A DNA stretch of 64,000 nt from Marsupella aquatica (taxonomy: Eukaryota > Plantae > Marchantiophyta). Shown here in pieces: positions 35,097 to 48,384 of this stretch (position 1 is its first letter; the number at the start of each line of letters is the position of its first letter). Location: the NCBI GenBank assembly GCA_973895155.1, contig OZ316892.1:28898932-28962931 (forward strand), given 5' to 3'. The position numbers and the translations under genes are program-made. The notes beneath the pieces were generated by a model. The model ran no database searches. It was not told the origin of the DNA and saw only the letters and a program-made list of their open reading frames with translations.

Positions 35097-38000
35097 TTAC
35101 CAGACACAAAATTCCTCCCGTATCATCGGAGGATCAAAACTTAATGCCGGGGCACAGGAAAGGCGTGGGCTAGCAGAAGACTGGGACAATGACTTCTGGA
35201 CCTCTTGCTCTTCCACCACTTTGAGTTGCCTATGATCATCGAAGGGCCGCTTTAGGAAGTCTCCTTCACGCTGCGTGATATCAATTGAGGGTTGAGTGGA
35301 TTCCAGTGATGATGGAGGCATCTTCCTGGTAGCTGCTGGATGTCTCTGATGCCTGATCTCACCACTACGAGGCCTGGCTACAGTGGATCTCCCTCCTTCG
35401 AGACTTGAATGTGCCTGCTGCCAGATCTCACCACTAAGGGGCCTGGCTGCAGTAAATCTCCCTCCTTCGAGAATTGCATGTGCCTGCTGCCCGATCTCAC
35501 CACTAAGGGTTCTGGTTATAGCTGGTCTCCCTCCTTCGAGAATTGCATGTGCCTGCTGCCTGATCTCACCACTCCGGTGCAAGGATCCAGTGGATCTCCC
35601 ACCTTCGAGACTTTGTTGCTGCTTCAACTCACCGTTGCCTTGTGGCACCGGTAATTTTCGTGTGTCTGAGATTCGTGGCTTTTGTTCACCACTTCGTGAT
35701 CTCGAAGAAAATGATGATTGCCGTGATAGGGATTTATATCCCCCCTCAGTACTCTGCTTCAGCTCACAACTACGGGGTCGCCTGGTGTATTCTGGGGCCG
35801 GGAATTTCCGACCCTCAAAAGTTTGCTGCTGGGATTCACCGTGTTGAGTGCAGACAATGGGCTGCGGTGCCTGAAATTTTGTAGTTTCACGACTTTGCAC
35901 GATACTAGTCTCACTTGATTGGGAGGTCTCCTGTAGCTGTGATCGAGTTGGCAAATGTTGGTCCTCAGGCTGTCCGACTAGTTGCTTGATCTCACCAATC
36001 TGCATCAGTCCAGTAAGATTTGGTGCCTGTAGTTTCGTAACCTCTCCTTGACCATGCACCTGGGTGGAGCTCCTGGGTCGTTTGGAGTCACTGGAGAAGG
36101 AAGTTGAACTTGCTCGGCCCGAAGAGGCCTTTCGCTGCTTGACATCATTGTCACCGTGCACCTGTCTGGATTCAAAGGGCTGCGGCTGCTGTGCAGGTGG
36201 CGGTAACTTTTGGGCGTCTCGATCACCGAAGGTACTCTTTGGCGGCTTTTCGGTGGATAGCTTTGATTCTACATGGGAAGGGCTACATATCACGGCGCCC
36301 AACATCACTGGACCACCCATCAACTTAAGGAACTCTCGATCTTGTTGCTTCCGGTCAGGATGAGACGGGCTAGAAGTGAGAGAGTTGGAGTTAAATGCTC
36401 GTTGCACAAAATGATCTGAAGCAGATCTAGAGTAAGTCACAGGAGATCCCACAGACTGAGTCAAGGATCTACTCTTCCTTAAGTCCCAAGACAACGCCTC
36501 CTCGTCGATTTGGACGGTTCTCAGGACTTCCACTGCCTCACTCAAATTAGGCCGCAAAGATGCCTCGTTGATAAGGCACTGGAATGCAAGATTGGCCACT
36601 TTGAGAGCCCCACGGCCTGAGTATCTCCCATTCAGCTCCGGGTCCATAATGAGGAAGAGCTTTCCCTCATCCCTCAAGAACGGTTTGGTCAGTTGTATCA
36701 AATTCTGCTGCCCACTAGGGAAACTTGCATCCATGTGCCTCCTACCTGTCAGCATCTCCAGTAAAACGACTCCAAAGCTCCAAGCGTTGCTTTTGATTGT
36801 CACCAATCCATTCCGACCTGATTCAGGTGCCACATAGGGGCCAACCTGCAGAGAAATACCAGCGCTTAAGATAAGGTAATTGGTGAGCCTCTTCCATCAA
36901 CGGCGGTAGCAAGGATGACAAAAAAAGAAAACGTAATAACAATTAACTAAAAGTACCGAATATGAAGCTTGGCCTACAACACTTGCCAAGAAGAACATTA
37001 GACTGTATAGTGAGGAAACAAGGCGTCAACTTCAGCACATATTTATTGGTGATCGTGCTCACCAAAACGAATCTCGAGTGCGAAAAGGACAAGGAACAAA
37101 ACTTACCATAAGCAGGCCTTGGTCGCCCTCGGGACCACATCGAGCCAACCCAAAGCCAGACAATTTTGCTCTGAAATCCTTATCGAGTTCAATGCTGGGT
37201 GAGCTAAGGTCTCTACAAATGACCTGCAATCAAAGTAAACAGTATAAATGAGCTCTTTGCTTGCCAGGGAGCAGCACGCTTCGAGAACAGCAAATGGTGG
37301 AAAGTGACCCTCAGAATCACTTCAGTTGGAAATACCTGAAATGGAGCCTTGTCATGTAGATATGCCAAACCCTGGGCAACGTCGAGGGCTATTCTCATCC
37401 TTGTTGACCAATCCAGTGTACTAGAATTTTCGCTGAGCCTGATGAACATATCCAGACATCCGTTATTCATGAATTCGTACACAAGTAGTCGCCTGTTTCC
37501 TGGACCAGAAGCATCCTCAGCACTATAGCCGATAAGCCTACAAAGATGAGGATTTTGCAATCGAGCCAACCAATTGACCTCTGCCATCCATTCCTTTAGC
37601 CCCTGCGAGCAGACATGACCAACTGAACTCCATGAGCATCTTCCTTATAAGAGCAGTTTAGTGCAACGAACAACCGCGATTGCTTCAGAGTGAAGGTGGC
37701 TCAGAACAATTGATGGATCCCACATTAACTAGGGTTGATCATCAAAAACAGCTTCTGAATGATACGTTAGCAACGCAAGAAGCGTTGTCTTTGGCGGAGG
37801 AGTATGCTAGTGAAGGGACTATTGCACTGGGCCCCCAGTTTGCTAGACAAGAAGGCAATGTGAGACACAGTTGTGCGTGGGGAAGCAGAAAGGTGAGAGA
37901 CTTTTCAGACTTAACTTACGTGGAATGGACACAACTTGACAACAGCTAGTAGCCATGAGAGGCCATAATCAAATTAAAATCCTCCAACCACCTATCAGAC

Positions 38001-39490
38001 CGTCAGGAACCTCGAATGTAATGCATACAGTCAGTGCGTTCTAACCATCTATTCCGTGAACCCGATGCCATCAATACTAATTCCAGAGGCAGCCAATGTT
38101 GTGCAAAATGGCAGAGATTATGCGTGACTATTTCCCTCCCGTAGTTGAAGCAGGATTGCTATATAAGAAGCCAAGTTCCCACCATAAGCACGTGTATTGT
38201 TGCAGAGATGGTTCATGCACATAGTGCAGGAAGATGTTGGAAGGTTGGAGCAAGACGTAAAAGCTACCCGCAAGACGTAGATACAGATCATAAAATGAAT
38301 GAATCCTGCGCATTTCATCATAAACTCCAGCGGGAAAGCAGGCGGGTAGGCGAGCATTTGCGCAACAAATAGATGATCACCTGCATCGACTTCACCATCG
38401 GGCAGACTACGGCCACCTCAATTTTCTCCTCGTTGCTGTTCTCGCCGTGATAGTCTACCCAAGCCCTATAAGCCCGTCCGAAAACCCCCTCCCCAAGGAA
38501 GCATTCCGGGACAAGAGCAGGAGCAAGCTCACCAAATGGAAAGGCCCTCACTGGTGTGCCACTGTGCGTGGGCAAAGCTGGAGGAGGGAGTGGCAAGGCC
38601 TCCACTGGGTGGGCTCCTCCTCCTCCCATAGACCGGAATCCGTAGCTGGAAGGTCCGGATCCCTCCTTTCCTCTACTCGGGCTTGGAGATACAGAATTGG
38701 ACAAAACATGGCAATTTGTAAACCCAGCTGGCAATCCCGTAGCAGCACCTTCATCCAGCTCTGGAGGATTGGGGAGGGGCAAGGGATGGGCAGCGGCTAT
38801 CTGAGGCTTGGGAAGCCGAGCTGGTCTTCCAGTGAACAATCCAGCTTTCTTATCGATGAATGCCTTCGTAACTCTCTTATCTAATCCCAGCTGGGAGCCT
38901 CGATTGACCACCTCTGAGACACTAACAGAGCAAATGACGGTGTGGAGAGGAGATCCATGATTGGGACCAGCGTGAGGGGAGACAGGGGAAGAGTTGCCAT
39001 CCAGAGTTGTAGAACGAGAGGGTAGAGGTGCTGAGAATGGAATGACACGGTGGTTACTGTCAGAATGGGTAACTTGGAGGGATCTTCGATGACCTTCACC
39101 TGTCGGAGGGTAAGAATGGTAAGAGTTGAAAGGAGCTGACAACGCACGAGAGCGGTGGTTGCTCAATCTCGCTGAAGCGTTCTTGAGATAGGAACCCGAC
39201 GACGTGACTGGGCTACCTCCCCGCTCCTTTCCCCCGTTCTGCTGCTGCTGCTTTCCTCCTCGAATGCTTGTGGCCGCTGGTATGGACCCTGCCCCCTGGG
39301 GCTGCCCTCCGGGGATATCGTCAGGGTCGGGCAACATGACCGGTTTGTTGCTTGATAACCCGCTTGACAGCAGCTGCTCCAGCTTTGACCCATGGTTCAA
39401 ACTGTTGCTGTTCTGGTGATGTTTCTGTTCAGCTTGCTGCGATGCTGCTGCAACTTTACTCTTATTTTTGGGGATGGAAAAACAGCCCAT
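35097..39490 (-). CDS. Receptor-like cytoplasmic kinase (RLCK VII/PBL-related), predicted pseudokinase; exons 38381-39490, 37336-37602, 37107-37223, 35097-36845; ~1080 aa
   Basis: N-terminal MGCF (myristoylation/palmitoylation-like), GEGVFG loop, GLKEWMAEVNWL, LDWSTRMRIALDVAQGLAYLHDK, APE, WSFGVVLLEMLTGRR. Catalytic motifs are degenerate (VAVV, CRDLSSPS, SGFG). Confidence 0.9.
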
Positions 39491-41301
39491 GGCAGGAGGA
39501 AAGAGTTGAGTTCTTTCTCCTTACCTTCCCTTCTTCAAACGCTGCTACTATCCATATGCATCCCCCGCCTTACCACCTTTCCTGCCTGCCTGCCTACCAA
39601 TCACAAGAACACTGTCATTTACATAGATGGTTTTCAGATATGAAAGTATACAGAAACAGCAAGATTCAAGTGTCCGTGAGAATGAATTCAATACCAAAGC
39701 GAAACAGAGTTGCACCATAGGACCAGTAAGATTTTTCCCATTTAGCTTGCAGACTAAGAGTGCTGGAAGTTCGACTGCACCACAAAGTCGACACACAAGA
39801 AGGAGATAAATCCTGTCACTAAAGGGGAACAGAACCAAAAGCAAATGAAAGGCACTCAACCTACCCGCAACAAAAGGACGCCCCTTCTGGACACCGAGCT
39901 CCCATGGAATCATTGGCAGTCTCATGACCAAATCCGCATCAAAAATTAATATCCAACCCACACTTTTGGCATCGTCTGAATGTGTGAGCCAATGCAAAAC
40001 ACCTGCTGGCTTGTTAATAGCTGCATGACTGCATATAGAAAAGCAAAAATATAATACCGGTAAATGATCTCAGACATTCGAACCCAATGACATCCACAAG
40101 AGCGCTGGTCAATCAGGCTTTCAGAACCAAAACAAATGAGATGAAATGAAGCTTTCAATTTGTAGTTTCGATTTTTGTAGTACCTTTGTTTCCTCTTGAA
40201 CTTTCTAAACCTTCCTGCCTTGGAGGCGAATCAAAATTTTACTGCCTCCTTACTCCAAATGTCCCCTCTCTGGTCCGATGCGTTAGTAGTCAGCTCAAGT
40301 CAACGCAACCCATTCCCGGAAAGCATGGCACCGACCGAAAGTACTTCCGTGCGATTCAAAATTTCCGTTCTCCGATCCGCTTCGATAACAGCTTGCTCAA
40401 CCCAAACATGGCAAAAGTCCACGAAGTATGGCTGGCGTAGAAGGCCTAGCTACGAACTCAGAATCCCCTTCTTTGAACTGCCTCTGAGGCAGTCTGCTCT
40501 ATCCTAAAATGCCCAATGAATCCAGCTTTGCTCGACCGGGATAGCAGATGCGTGTCCATATATATTTCGATCCAATGATTTGGAGCGTGCAACTGAACCA
40601 AGCTGACAGCCTACTTTTCTCGAAACCGACCTCGAGCCCAGAAGCAACTCCCAGTCAAACTTGCACATACAAAAGATGTCTGAAGACACCAGTGGTCATC
40701 GTCGAAGATGGAATCGAACGCGTATCTGGAGAAAGCAGACTTTTAGCTGCAGAGAATCCATAATACCGAATCGATTGAGGAGTTGAAAAGATTTCAATCG
40801 AATACGTTCTTCCAGTGTCCATCATCAAACACTTCCCAAACCCCAACCACCGTACCTTCGCAGTGCGCACACAAAAGATCACAAAGAAAGGGTCTTTCCG
40901 ACCAAAATAAAAGAGGATCACAAGCATGACAAGCTCGAAGAGCACAACGATCACATCCACAGCAAGATGGCAGCAGCGAGGTTGGAGTTTGTGGGCTCGC
41001 AGTGCCCAGTGAGAGCTCTCTCCCAGTTCTCTGTATAGATACGGGCAAGGACTCGGAACCTAAAGGGTTCACAGAAAGATCGTCTCGGAGTCACGAAGCT
41101 CTCAAGAAACTTCGTACAGGGCACAACTTGGGAGTTGCTTTACTGTAGGTACACATTAATTACAGTGTAGCGCCCTATGTCTACAGTAGGTATCTAGTCT
41201 AGCCTACTCTAGTCCACCTGTCCCCTAGTCCAGTCTAACCCATAAGAAACAATTATTGGCTCAACTTTGTTCAATTGTCCAAATACGCAGTTCATTGTGA
41301 C

Positions 41302-41559
41302 CCGGACCCTATTAAGCCGTTTTAACGGCACTAGCCTGACTATGTATACCTTGAGCATAAACAGAGATGCATAAATAGAGATGAGACATAAATAGACCTT
41401 TCAAAAATCAAATTCCCTTGTTACTTCCCATTCATCTTTACCCCATCTCTGATTTCTATATGCACTTTCCGTTATCCTCTTAGAGTGAAGGTCTAGGGAC
41501 TTCACTCTAGACACTAGGCCTTTGATTGCCATTATATACCTACCGTAGTTATATATAGA
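41302..41559 (-). mobile_element. Mini Helitron-like element related to the 21.6-kb and 62-kb copies
   Basis: Minus strand A|TCTATATATAA start, shared ggcctagtgtctagagtgaagtccctagac block, and perfect hairpin GCCGTT-AA-AACGGC followed by ttaatagggtCCGG (non-canonical end). Confidence 0.5.
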
Positions 41560-42129
41560 TGCGTTATGATGGGGGGCCCAAAGTGGCCCCACACCTTATT
41601 GTCCTATGGGTATTTGTTTGATGTGTATTGTCAACTCAAACTGTCAAAGTATTTAGTATTGTAAGAAGTTGTCAAAACAGCAATTAATGCATATTGTTTG
41701 AGCCTGTTGTGACCGCAAACCTCTTTGGTCACGACTCACGAGCATGGTTTTACTAAATGCATCTTTTCAAAGTCAAATTGCCCAGGCAAAATTTACCTGT
41801 TGGGGCAAACTCCACTCAACTATACATCAACTCTATACTCCGACATCTCTTCAGTCTTTCCTATCACGGACCAAATTTATAATTATAATGACTTGAGTCA
41901 ATTAAACTGGTGGAGCACCTCGTTACTGAAGCAGGGGTCCGAGTTCAAGGTGTTAGTTGTGCAAACAAAGCTTGACCTTTAAAACTCCGTCCCAAAGTGG
42001 AGGACACTGTGCCCCCTTTAGAGCTTACATGCAAATGCAACTCTTATAAAATGTTGTGCCCTAAGCACCAATAACCAAATAATTAGTCATATGCACAATG
42101 TTGACATCCTGGACTCCAAGCTTTGTAAG

Positions 42130-42430
42130 GGGGACTTTACAAGCCATGGGCCCATTGTTTCTTTTTATTCCTTCTGAGATTAAATTTGGGCCATGTATTA
42201 GATTGAAAGGACTGCAGTTGGCTTTACAGGTATGATTTCTATGGATTCTATATGGATAGCAATGGGCCCAGGGAATTGCTTCTGTAGAGTGCTTATTTGT
42301 CTAGAAAATTTCGATTACCCAGAGTGGTCCAAGCATTTCCAAACTTGGGCTCCTTCATCCAAGGAATTTGCACTTATTGACCTCCATTTTTGGTCTAGAG
42401 CCTATCTTTAGAACAATGAGTGGCCCTCCA
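42130..42430 (-). repeat. Copy 2 of the dispersed repeat family (inverted relative to 10.6-11.1 kb)
   Basis: The reverse complement matches 10810-11100 and 48385-48495 (tggagg.ccact...agaccaaaaat...gagcccaagtttgga.atg.ttggaccactct). Confidence 0.7.
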
Positions 42431-42499
42431 CTTTGTTATGGTAAAAGAAAGTCACAACTGCCCCCCCCCCCCCCCCCCCCACTTCTTGTAAAGTCACCC

Positions 42500-42852
42500 T
42501 AAGTAAAGTCACATTGACTGCGATAGATGAGCGGGTGTTTAATCGTTGTCAGCACCAAGTTCATAGTCACTTCAGCACTAAAAGCCACCCACACTAAACT
42601 CACTTTGCTTACAAAAGATGAGCGAGTGCTAAATATTTATGAGCACTAAGTTCATTGACATCTCAGCCACTAGAAGCCACCCAAAGAAAATTCACTTTGA
42701 TTGAGAAAGATGAGCGAGTGCTTAATCACTTGCAGCACCAAGGTCATTGACATTTCGGCACTAAAGCCAACCAAAGTAACCTCACTTTCATTGAGAAAGA
42801 TGAGCGAGTGCTTTAATCGTTTTCAGCACCAAGTCCATTGACATTTCAGCCA
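42500..42852. repeat. ~91-bp minisatellite, 4 diverged copies
   Basis: gatgagcg.gtg.ttaat....cagcaccaagt.cattgacat.tcagc.ctaaagcca starts at ~42527, 42617, 42709 and 42799. Confidence 0.88.
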
Positions 42853-45800
42853 ACATCACGAAACTCTGGAACACTCTCTCACTAGCCAACGCGGCAGGAA
42901 TGGAGAGCCGTCCATCCATCATGTCCCCCACAGAAAAGGACTGTCCTATTGTACCCCTTCTGCCCCTCCTACTCCTCCTCGTCCCTCCTCCGGCAGACAG
43001 GGAGAAATAGAGGGAAGGAGAACTCAGCTCTGTATAGAAAGCTACCATAGCCTAGACTCTTACAGTAGAGAACTCAGCTCAGTCTACAAGTCTACCATAG
43101 CCTAGCCTTCTTGAGTAGAGGGATAGGCAGCAGGCATTTGACAGAATGATTACTACTTGGCAGGTAGGAATCGCAGTGATGTCGGTAGAAATTTGAGTGC
43201 CACTCGTGGAAAGTCCCCTTCTGTCCATGAAAATACTCTTAAAGGCATCCAGTGTTTCCCCACTCCAGAGTGTTTCCTTGTGTCTGGAACTTATGGCAAA
43301 TTGAGAAGCCACTGCAAGCAAAAATATTGTATGGCTACATTGAGACCGCTAGATCTTTGTATGATCAGATCTTGATCCTTGATTTTGGTAAAAAAACCTG
43401 CTTGTGTCATTTACAAAACCAGGAAAAATACAATGACAGACTTTTCCTTCTCAGGGGATTTCTTAGTGGCACAAGAATTTGCGAAACCATGTCCTCCAGA
43501 ATCATTTGGCTAAAATTTGCCACAATTTCTGGTACGTTATTCACAATCCATGTATCTACGGAGATCCAATCGTCAGAAACAAATCTAGGAAATAGATAAG
43601 GAAGCTGAACATCTCCTCCCTGACACAAGGTACCCTTAGTCAAAGTGGGGAATTAAAAAGATTACCTGCCTCCCCCAAAAACCGAATGATCAGAGGACTT
43701 CACTTTAAACACACCGACATAGCTTTGCATAGGCTGGCATTTTGACAGATTCCTAAGTGGAACTTGGCAGGTAGGAAGGCAGCCCTGTCTTTAGAAATTT
43801 GCGTGCCACTCTTGGAAAGTCCCTTCCTTCCATGAAACTACTCTTCAAGCAATCCAATCGTCCATAGTGACAGACGCCCTGCTCTGTGGTCTTTCTTTTC
43901 TTCATACCACGTGGCACTTTTTGTGCAGTATTTGTATATCATAAACGGCCTGTTTACCTTGATTACCCATATTTCGGTGGCTAAAAGATCTCTCCCAAAA
44001 CACATTGCAGTGTCCTTCACTCTAAATTCACCGACACAGCTTTCGCATGGTTTAAATATGATCTCTCCCAAAGGAAACACCGACATAGCTTTCACATCAT
44101 TTAAAAGATTGCCCTCCTTGCCTCCCTCCCTCCCTTCCTAAAACACATTCAGTGTACTTCACTAAATATAGCGATATAGCTCTGGCACAGCTAGCAAACG
44201 AGCTCTCAATAATTCCTGCTCCCCAGCCCCGGGTCCCCCTATCTATCTAGCACCACCATAGCTAGGAGCTCTAGAGTGGTTCTTAACTCCACTCCACTCC
44301 AATTCAAGACTGCAGTGATTACAATTCTGTTATGTGGAGGATCCGGTCAGATTCTCCTGCTGCCGGTACCACCCTGCACGGCTCTCTCCTTTGCCCCCGT
44401 CCCCCCCTCCCCTCCCCCCCCCCCCCCCCTAATATAATTACAGTGTACAGCATAGAATAGAACCGAGAGTCCTGTTCTTGGAACTGATGGTTTATTGTTC
44501 TTGTACACACGCTCTCTCTCGGGTTAACAGTAGCGTAGGTGATTTTGTTATGTGTTGCCCTATTGTTGCTGTACTTGGAGATCACTCATGTTCTATTAAA
44601 AGGTGCCTTGCATGTTTGTGACCCTTCAGTTTGCAAACCTAATGGGATGTTCTAGCTAAGTATTATTTGAGAAGGAAATTGTGCCTGAAATGTCTCATCT
44701 GCCAGACACGAGGGCTTCTTACCTAGAAAGCCAAGGCCACTGTCTGCAAACATTCCAGCCCTTGCAGTCCTGACCTTAGGAAAATGAAGACCAGAGATCC
44801 TATGGTCATGTGCTCAAGAATTTATCCAGATATTGAGGGAGTTTTAAGGGCCAAATATATTGAGGGTGGTTACATGGAAGATAGCTCAGATTATAAAGTA
44901 TTCTGCTGAAAACAAAAGAAGAGTTGGAGTCACTCTAGGTTTGGGAGTTCTGTAGTAGTCTTGAGATGGATTAGACCACAAAATGTGTGAGACAACTTCA
45001 ATCTAGTTTGCAACATTCTGTCGTGGGATTTTATTGTGCACTTGTCTTGATTCCTGATGGTTGGTTGGAAAAAGTTTGAACCTAGACGATTTTAGCTACA
45101 TCAATGACAGAGTGGATTTACATCAGATATTCAGTTTCCATGCCCCAGCTCCCATCTGCATAAACTAGTGCGCTTGTTTTTACATTCCACCATCCATTTG
45201 TTCAAACAAAATTTGAACAGTTGAAACTTGTGGGATTGGCCTAAGCCATTTGCACAAGCACCGCACCCTACACTCATATTGGTTCTAAACATATTAGTTC
45301 CTACCTATTATCTCTATGAAACTTGCAGTTTAGCTAAAGATGACATGGATATCAAGTAATAATGCTCTACTTTGTTACAATAAGATTCCATGATCTGAGT
45401 ACAAAGTGTGGATGGAGGTCCAATGCAAGCTCACTCAAGGAAAGATCCTATTTTAGTTTAAAGTAACATTTGAAATGGTTCATCTTGTTTGTGATGGTGC
45501 TTGTACGACATTGTGGTCCATATGAGCTTCTTTTTCTACTCAAAAGGGACACTTGTAGATCAGTGCTCTAGTAATGGACAGTCACAATAGTCTACCCTTG
45601 TGCCATCTTGTTCCAGAGGATCTGAAGGAGACATTGATTAATTTTCATTTCACAAAAAATGCAAGGCCTGTTTTCCTGTACTCCTTTTATAATTTAAAAA
45701 TCATTATACACACTAACAAGTCAGTGTTTACACCAAGATGCTCAAAACATTTGTAAAATTTACATGACAACTTGTTTCTAGATTTCATAGAACTTAAAGC

Positions 45801-47899
45801 TAGGATGGACACAGTTCCTCTCGGGAAATGCAGTCCCTCAGTTCTCACATTTAGAAGCTCACACAGTATCCAGAATTTCGCAGCCAAAAATTATTGATGT
45901 CACAGCCATTGTATGTCCTTGACGCAATCTGAAAGCCTGGGATGGGAACACATTGAATGCAACATTGTTTCATGTGGTAACAATTGAGGATGCGGACTAG
46001 GGCAAATACTCAGGCCAAATCCTGTGTTGCTGCTTCTCGTAGCTCCACAACCTACACTATCCTAAGACATTCTTGGCAACATGCTTGTGGAGTGATGGAA
46101 GGAAAAGCTATGGAGTCTAAACAATGGTAAGCTTATGTTAATGACAGATAGTAATCCATTTCCATGTCATTGGTGTTTTGCCTTACAGTAGCATGGACCT
46201 TGTGTCCATCCTGGTCGTCCCAACAAACGTTGGGTCCATCCAGGCTTTTGATTCAGATTTCACAAGGACCCCACAATCTTTTGTTACTTGAACACAAGAT
46301 TTATAATAATCATTTATTTCTTACACCAACCGAGATAGCACTACGGTCCGGTATAGAGGGGAGCGACGTGGCTATCTGTTTCTTCTCCCGCAGCCCAGCC
46401 CGTTGCAGGGAGGGCAGCAGGGCACGGTGAAAATGATGACCTGGCGCAGACAAGGAAACAAAACACACACGGTCGCGCAGGGCAGGGATTCGGGTACCGG
46501 TACGGTCAGGTGCGGGGCAGGGGCGGGGCAGCCGGGCCCAGGGGGCAGCTGCTGCCCACTGCAGCAGCCAGCCGGTCAGGCCAGTCCCAGTCAACAAAAA
46601 TTGAAGAACGCGACGGATTCCGTTCCGTACGGTCAGCAAGGACAGCGAGACGACATGTCCACATCAGCACCTATGCAGAAGGTTGTATTTATGAAGAGTC
46701 ATGAATGTATTCATTGGTCATAAATGTCACTGACGAGAAAAAGTGCACCAATGAATGATAAAATAAAATAAAAGGATGAGGGATTATTTGGGGATCATTT
46801 GACACGAGGAATCTTCTCGACACAAGCACATCTCGACGAGTTTGCAGCATAAGCATCGATTCCAATAATGATTTCATAATGGACAAATTGCATTTTACTT
46901 TCCTGCCGGGCTGCCCCGAACCCCAAAACTATTATTAGCAGGTTGCATTTCATTTCATTTTTAATAATTATGGGTTAATTTTATCAACTAGGCTAATGTG
47001 AGATGACACATTCCTCCGGGACATGTGGAGGCTTGCAACTGTCTGAGCTAACCCCTCCTACCACAAAATTGGGGGAAATGAGAGGGGTCCAAAACATTAT
47101 AGTTTTTGGTGGTAGACAGTAAGTGACAGCTGCATTGAGTGCCTGTGGGACGAGGGTTCAGTGAGTGTGGGGTGGTGGAACTTGGGCCAGGGTGAGATAC
47201 TTTTGGATGGGATTATATTATTGGAAGAATAGCAAAACTCTCCAATGTGTCCGTGGACCAATCTTGTGTCATCTCGGTTCGCGTAATGGAGTAAGCCAAC
47301 CCGTAAAACGAGGGGGGGGGATATTTAATTTCTTTCAGTAGTAGGTTGGGCATTTTGATCAGTTTGGGCCATGGGATACTAAGGATTTGATTGAGAAGGG
47401 CTTTGCACTAGTGAGCTTTTCAAATTCTTTAGGAAACAGGGCATAATAATTGTTACAAACCCTGTCACAAAGATGACTGTTCATTACCTCAGTGGGCATC
47501 TGAAACCAGCTATTCTATGGAGGTTTTCTATGACCGGGATGCTATGGGCTGGGTCACAGGTCAGAAATCTAGGGTTCTTAAAAAACTCTTCCCCTGGCAC
47601 TAACTTAGGCGCGACCGCATAGGTACCCAAAAAAAGGTTGCATGAGTTTGTTGGCCCCATCATAAGAATGACCAACGTTGAAAATTCAGCAACGTGGGTT
47701 AACCAGTCTCAAACCAGATATCGCCTGGATCACTTTCTCCCTTTTTTGGGTTTTGGTCAGTGTTGTCGACGAAAACATCCCAGAGAGCTGCTGAAAAAAC
47801 GAGAGGTAAAGAGCAGGTTTGAGAAGCCCAGTGGAACACCAAATTTGCAAGAGTGAGAAGTTGGCAAGAGGTCCCTTTTCTTTTGTTTTTTGATAAAGA

Positions 47900-48132
47900 G
47901 ATCCTTCATTTTGTGTAGCGTTTTGTTTTCTTATAATTGTAAGTTCTTAGTCTTTGTTGACTGTATCTGACAGTTTTTATTAACGATCCTTCATTTTGCT
48001 TAATATCTGTTAATGATTATAATTGTCGTCTAGTCAGTCTTGACTGTAGGCTTTTATTTGACGATCCATCATTTTGCTTAATATCTGTTAATGATTATAA
48101 TTGTTTTCTAGTCAGTGTTGACTGTATCTGAC
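47900..48132. repeat. ~78-83-bp tandem repeat, ~3 copies
   Basis: gatcc.tcattttgcttaatatctgttaatgattataattgt...tagtcagt.ttgactgta is repeated. Confidence 0.85.
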
Positions 48133-48384
48133 AACACCAAATTCGCGGGTGATATTTTGTCCGTATGTGGGTCAGTCAGCTCGGTCTCTGTTTGACTGCA
48201 TCGTTATAATAAAGAAAATAAACTCCATCAACATAATTTGCACGAGTGAAAATTGAGTTGTGGGAACTGGGAAAGCTCCTTGGGCCAGTCATTGTTGACT
48301 GTCCTAGAACCTGGTTCAATAATGGGAAACTATGGGCTTTACGAGAAGAGCATGCTAGTGTGACTTTGTTTCACCAACGCCAGT

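Noticed and set aside
35383-35847. Cys-rich repeated antisense ORF (RIACACC)
   Set aside because: Reverse complement of the Gln/Ala repeats in the kinase tail, not a metallothionein-like gene.
42500-42852. Regularly spaced repeats resembling a CRISPR array
   Set aside because: The 'spacers' are themselves homologous, there are no cas genes and the context is eukaryotic; this is a minisatellite.
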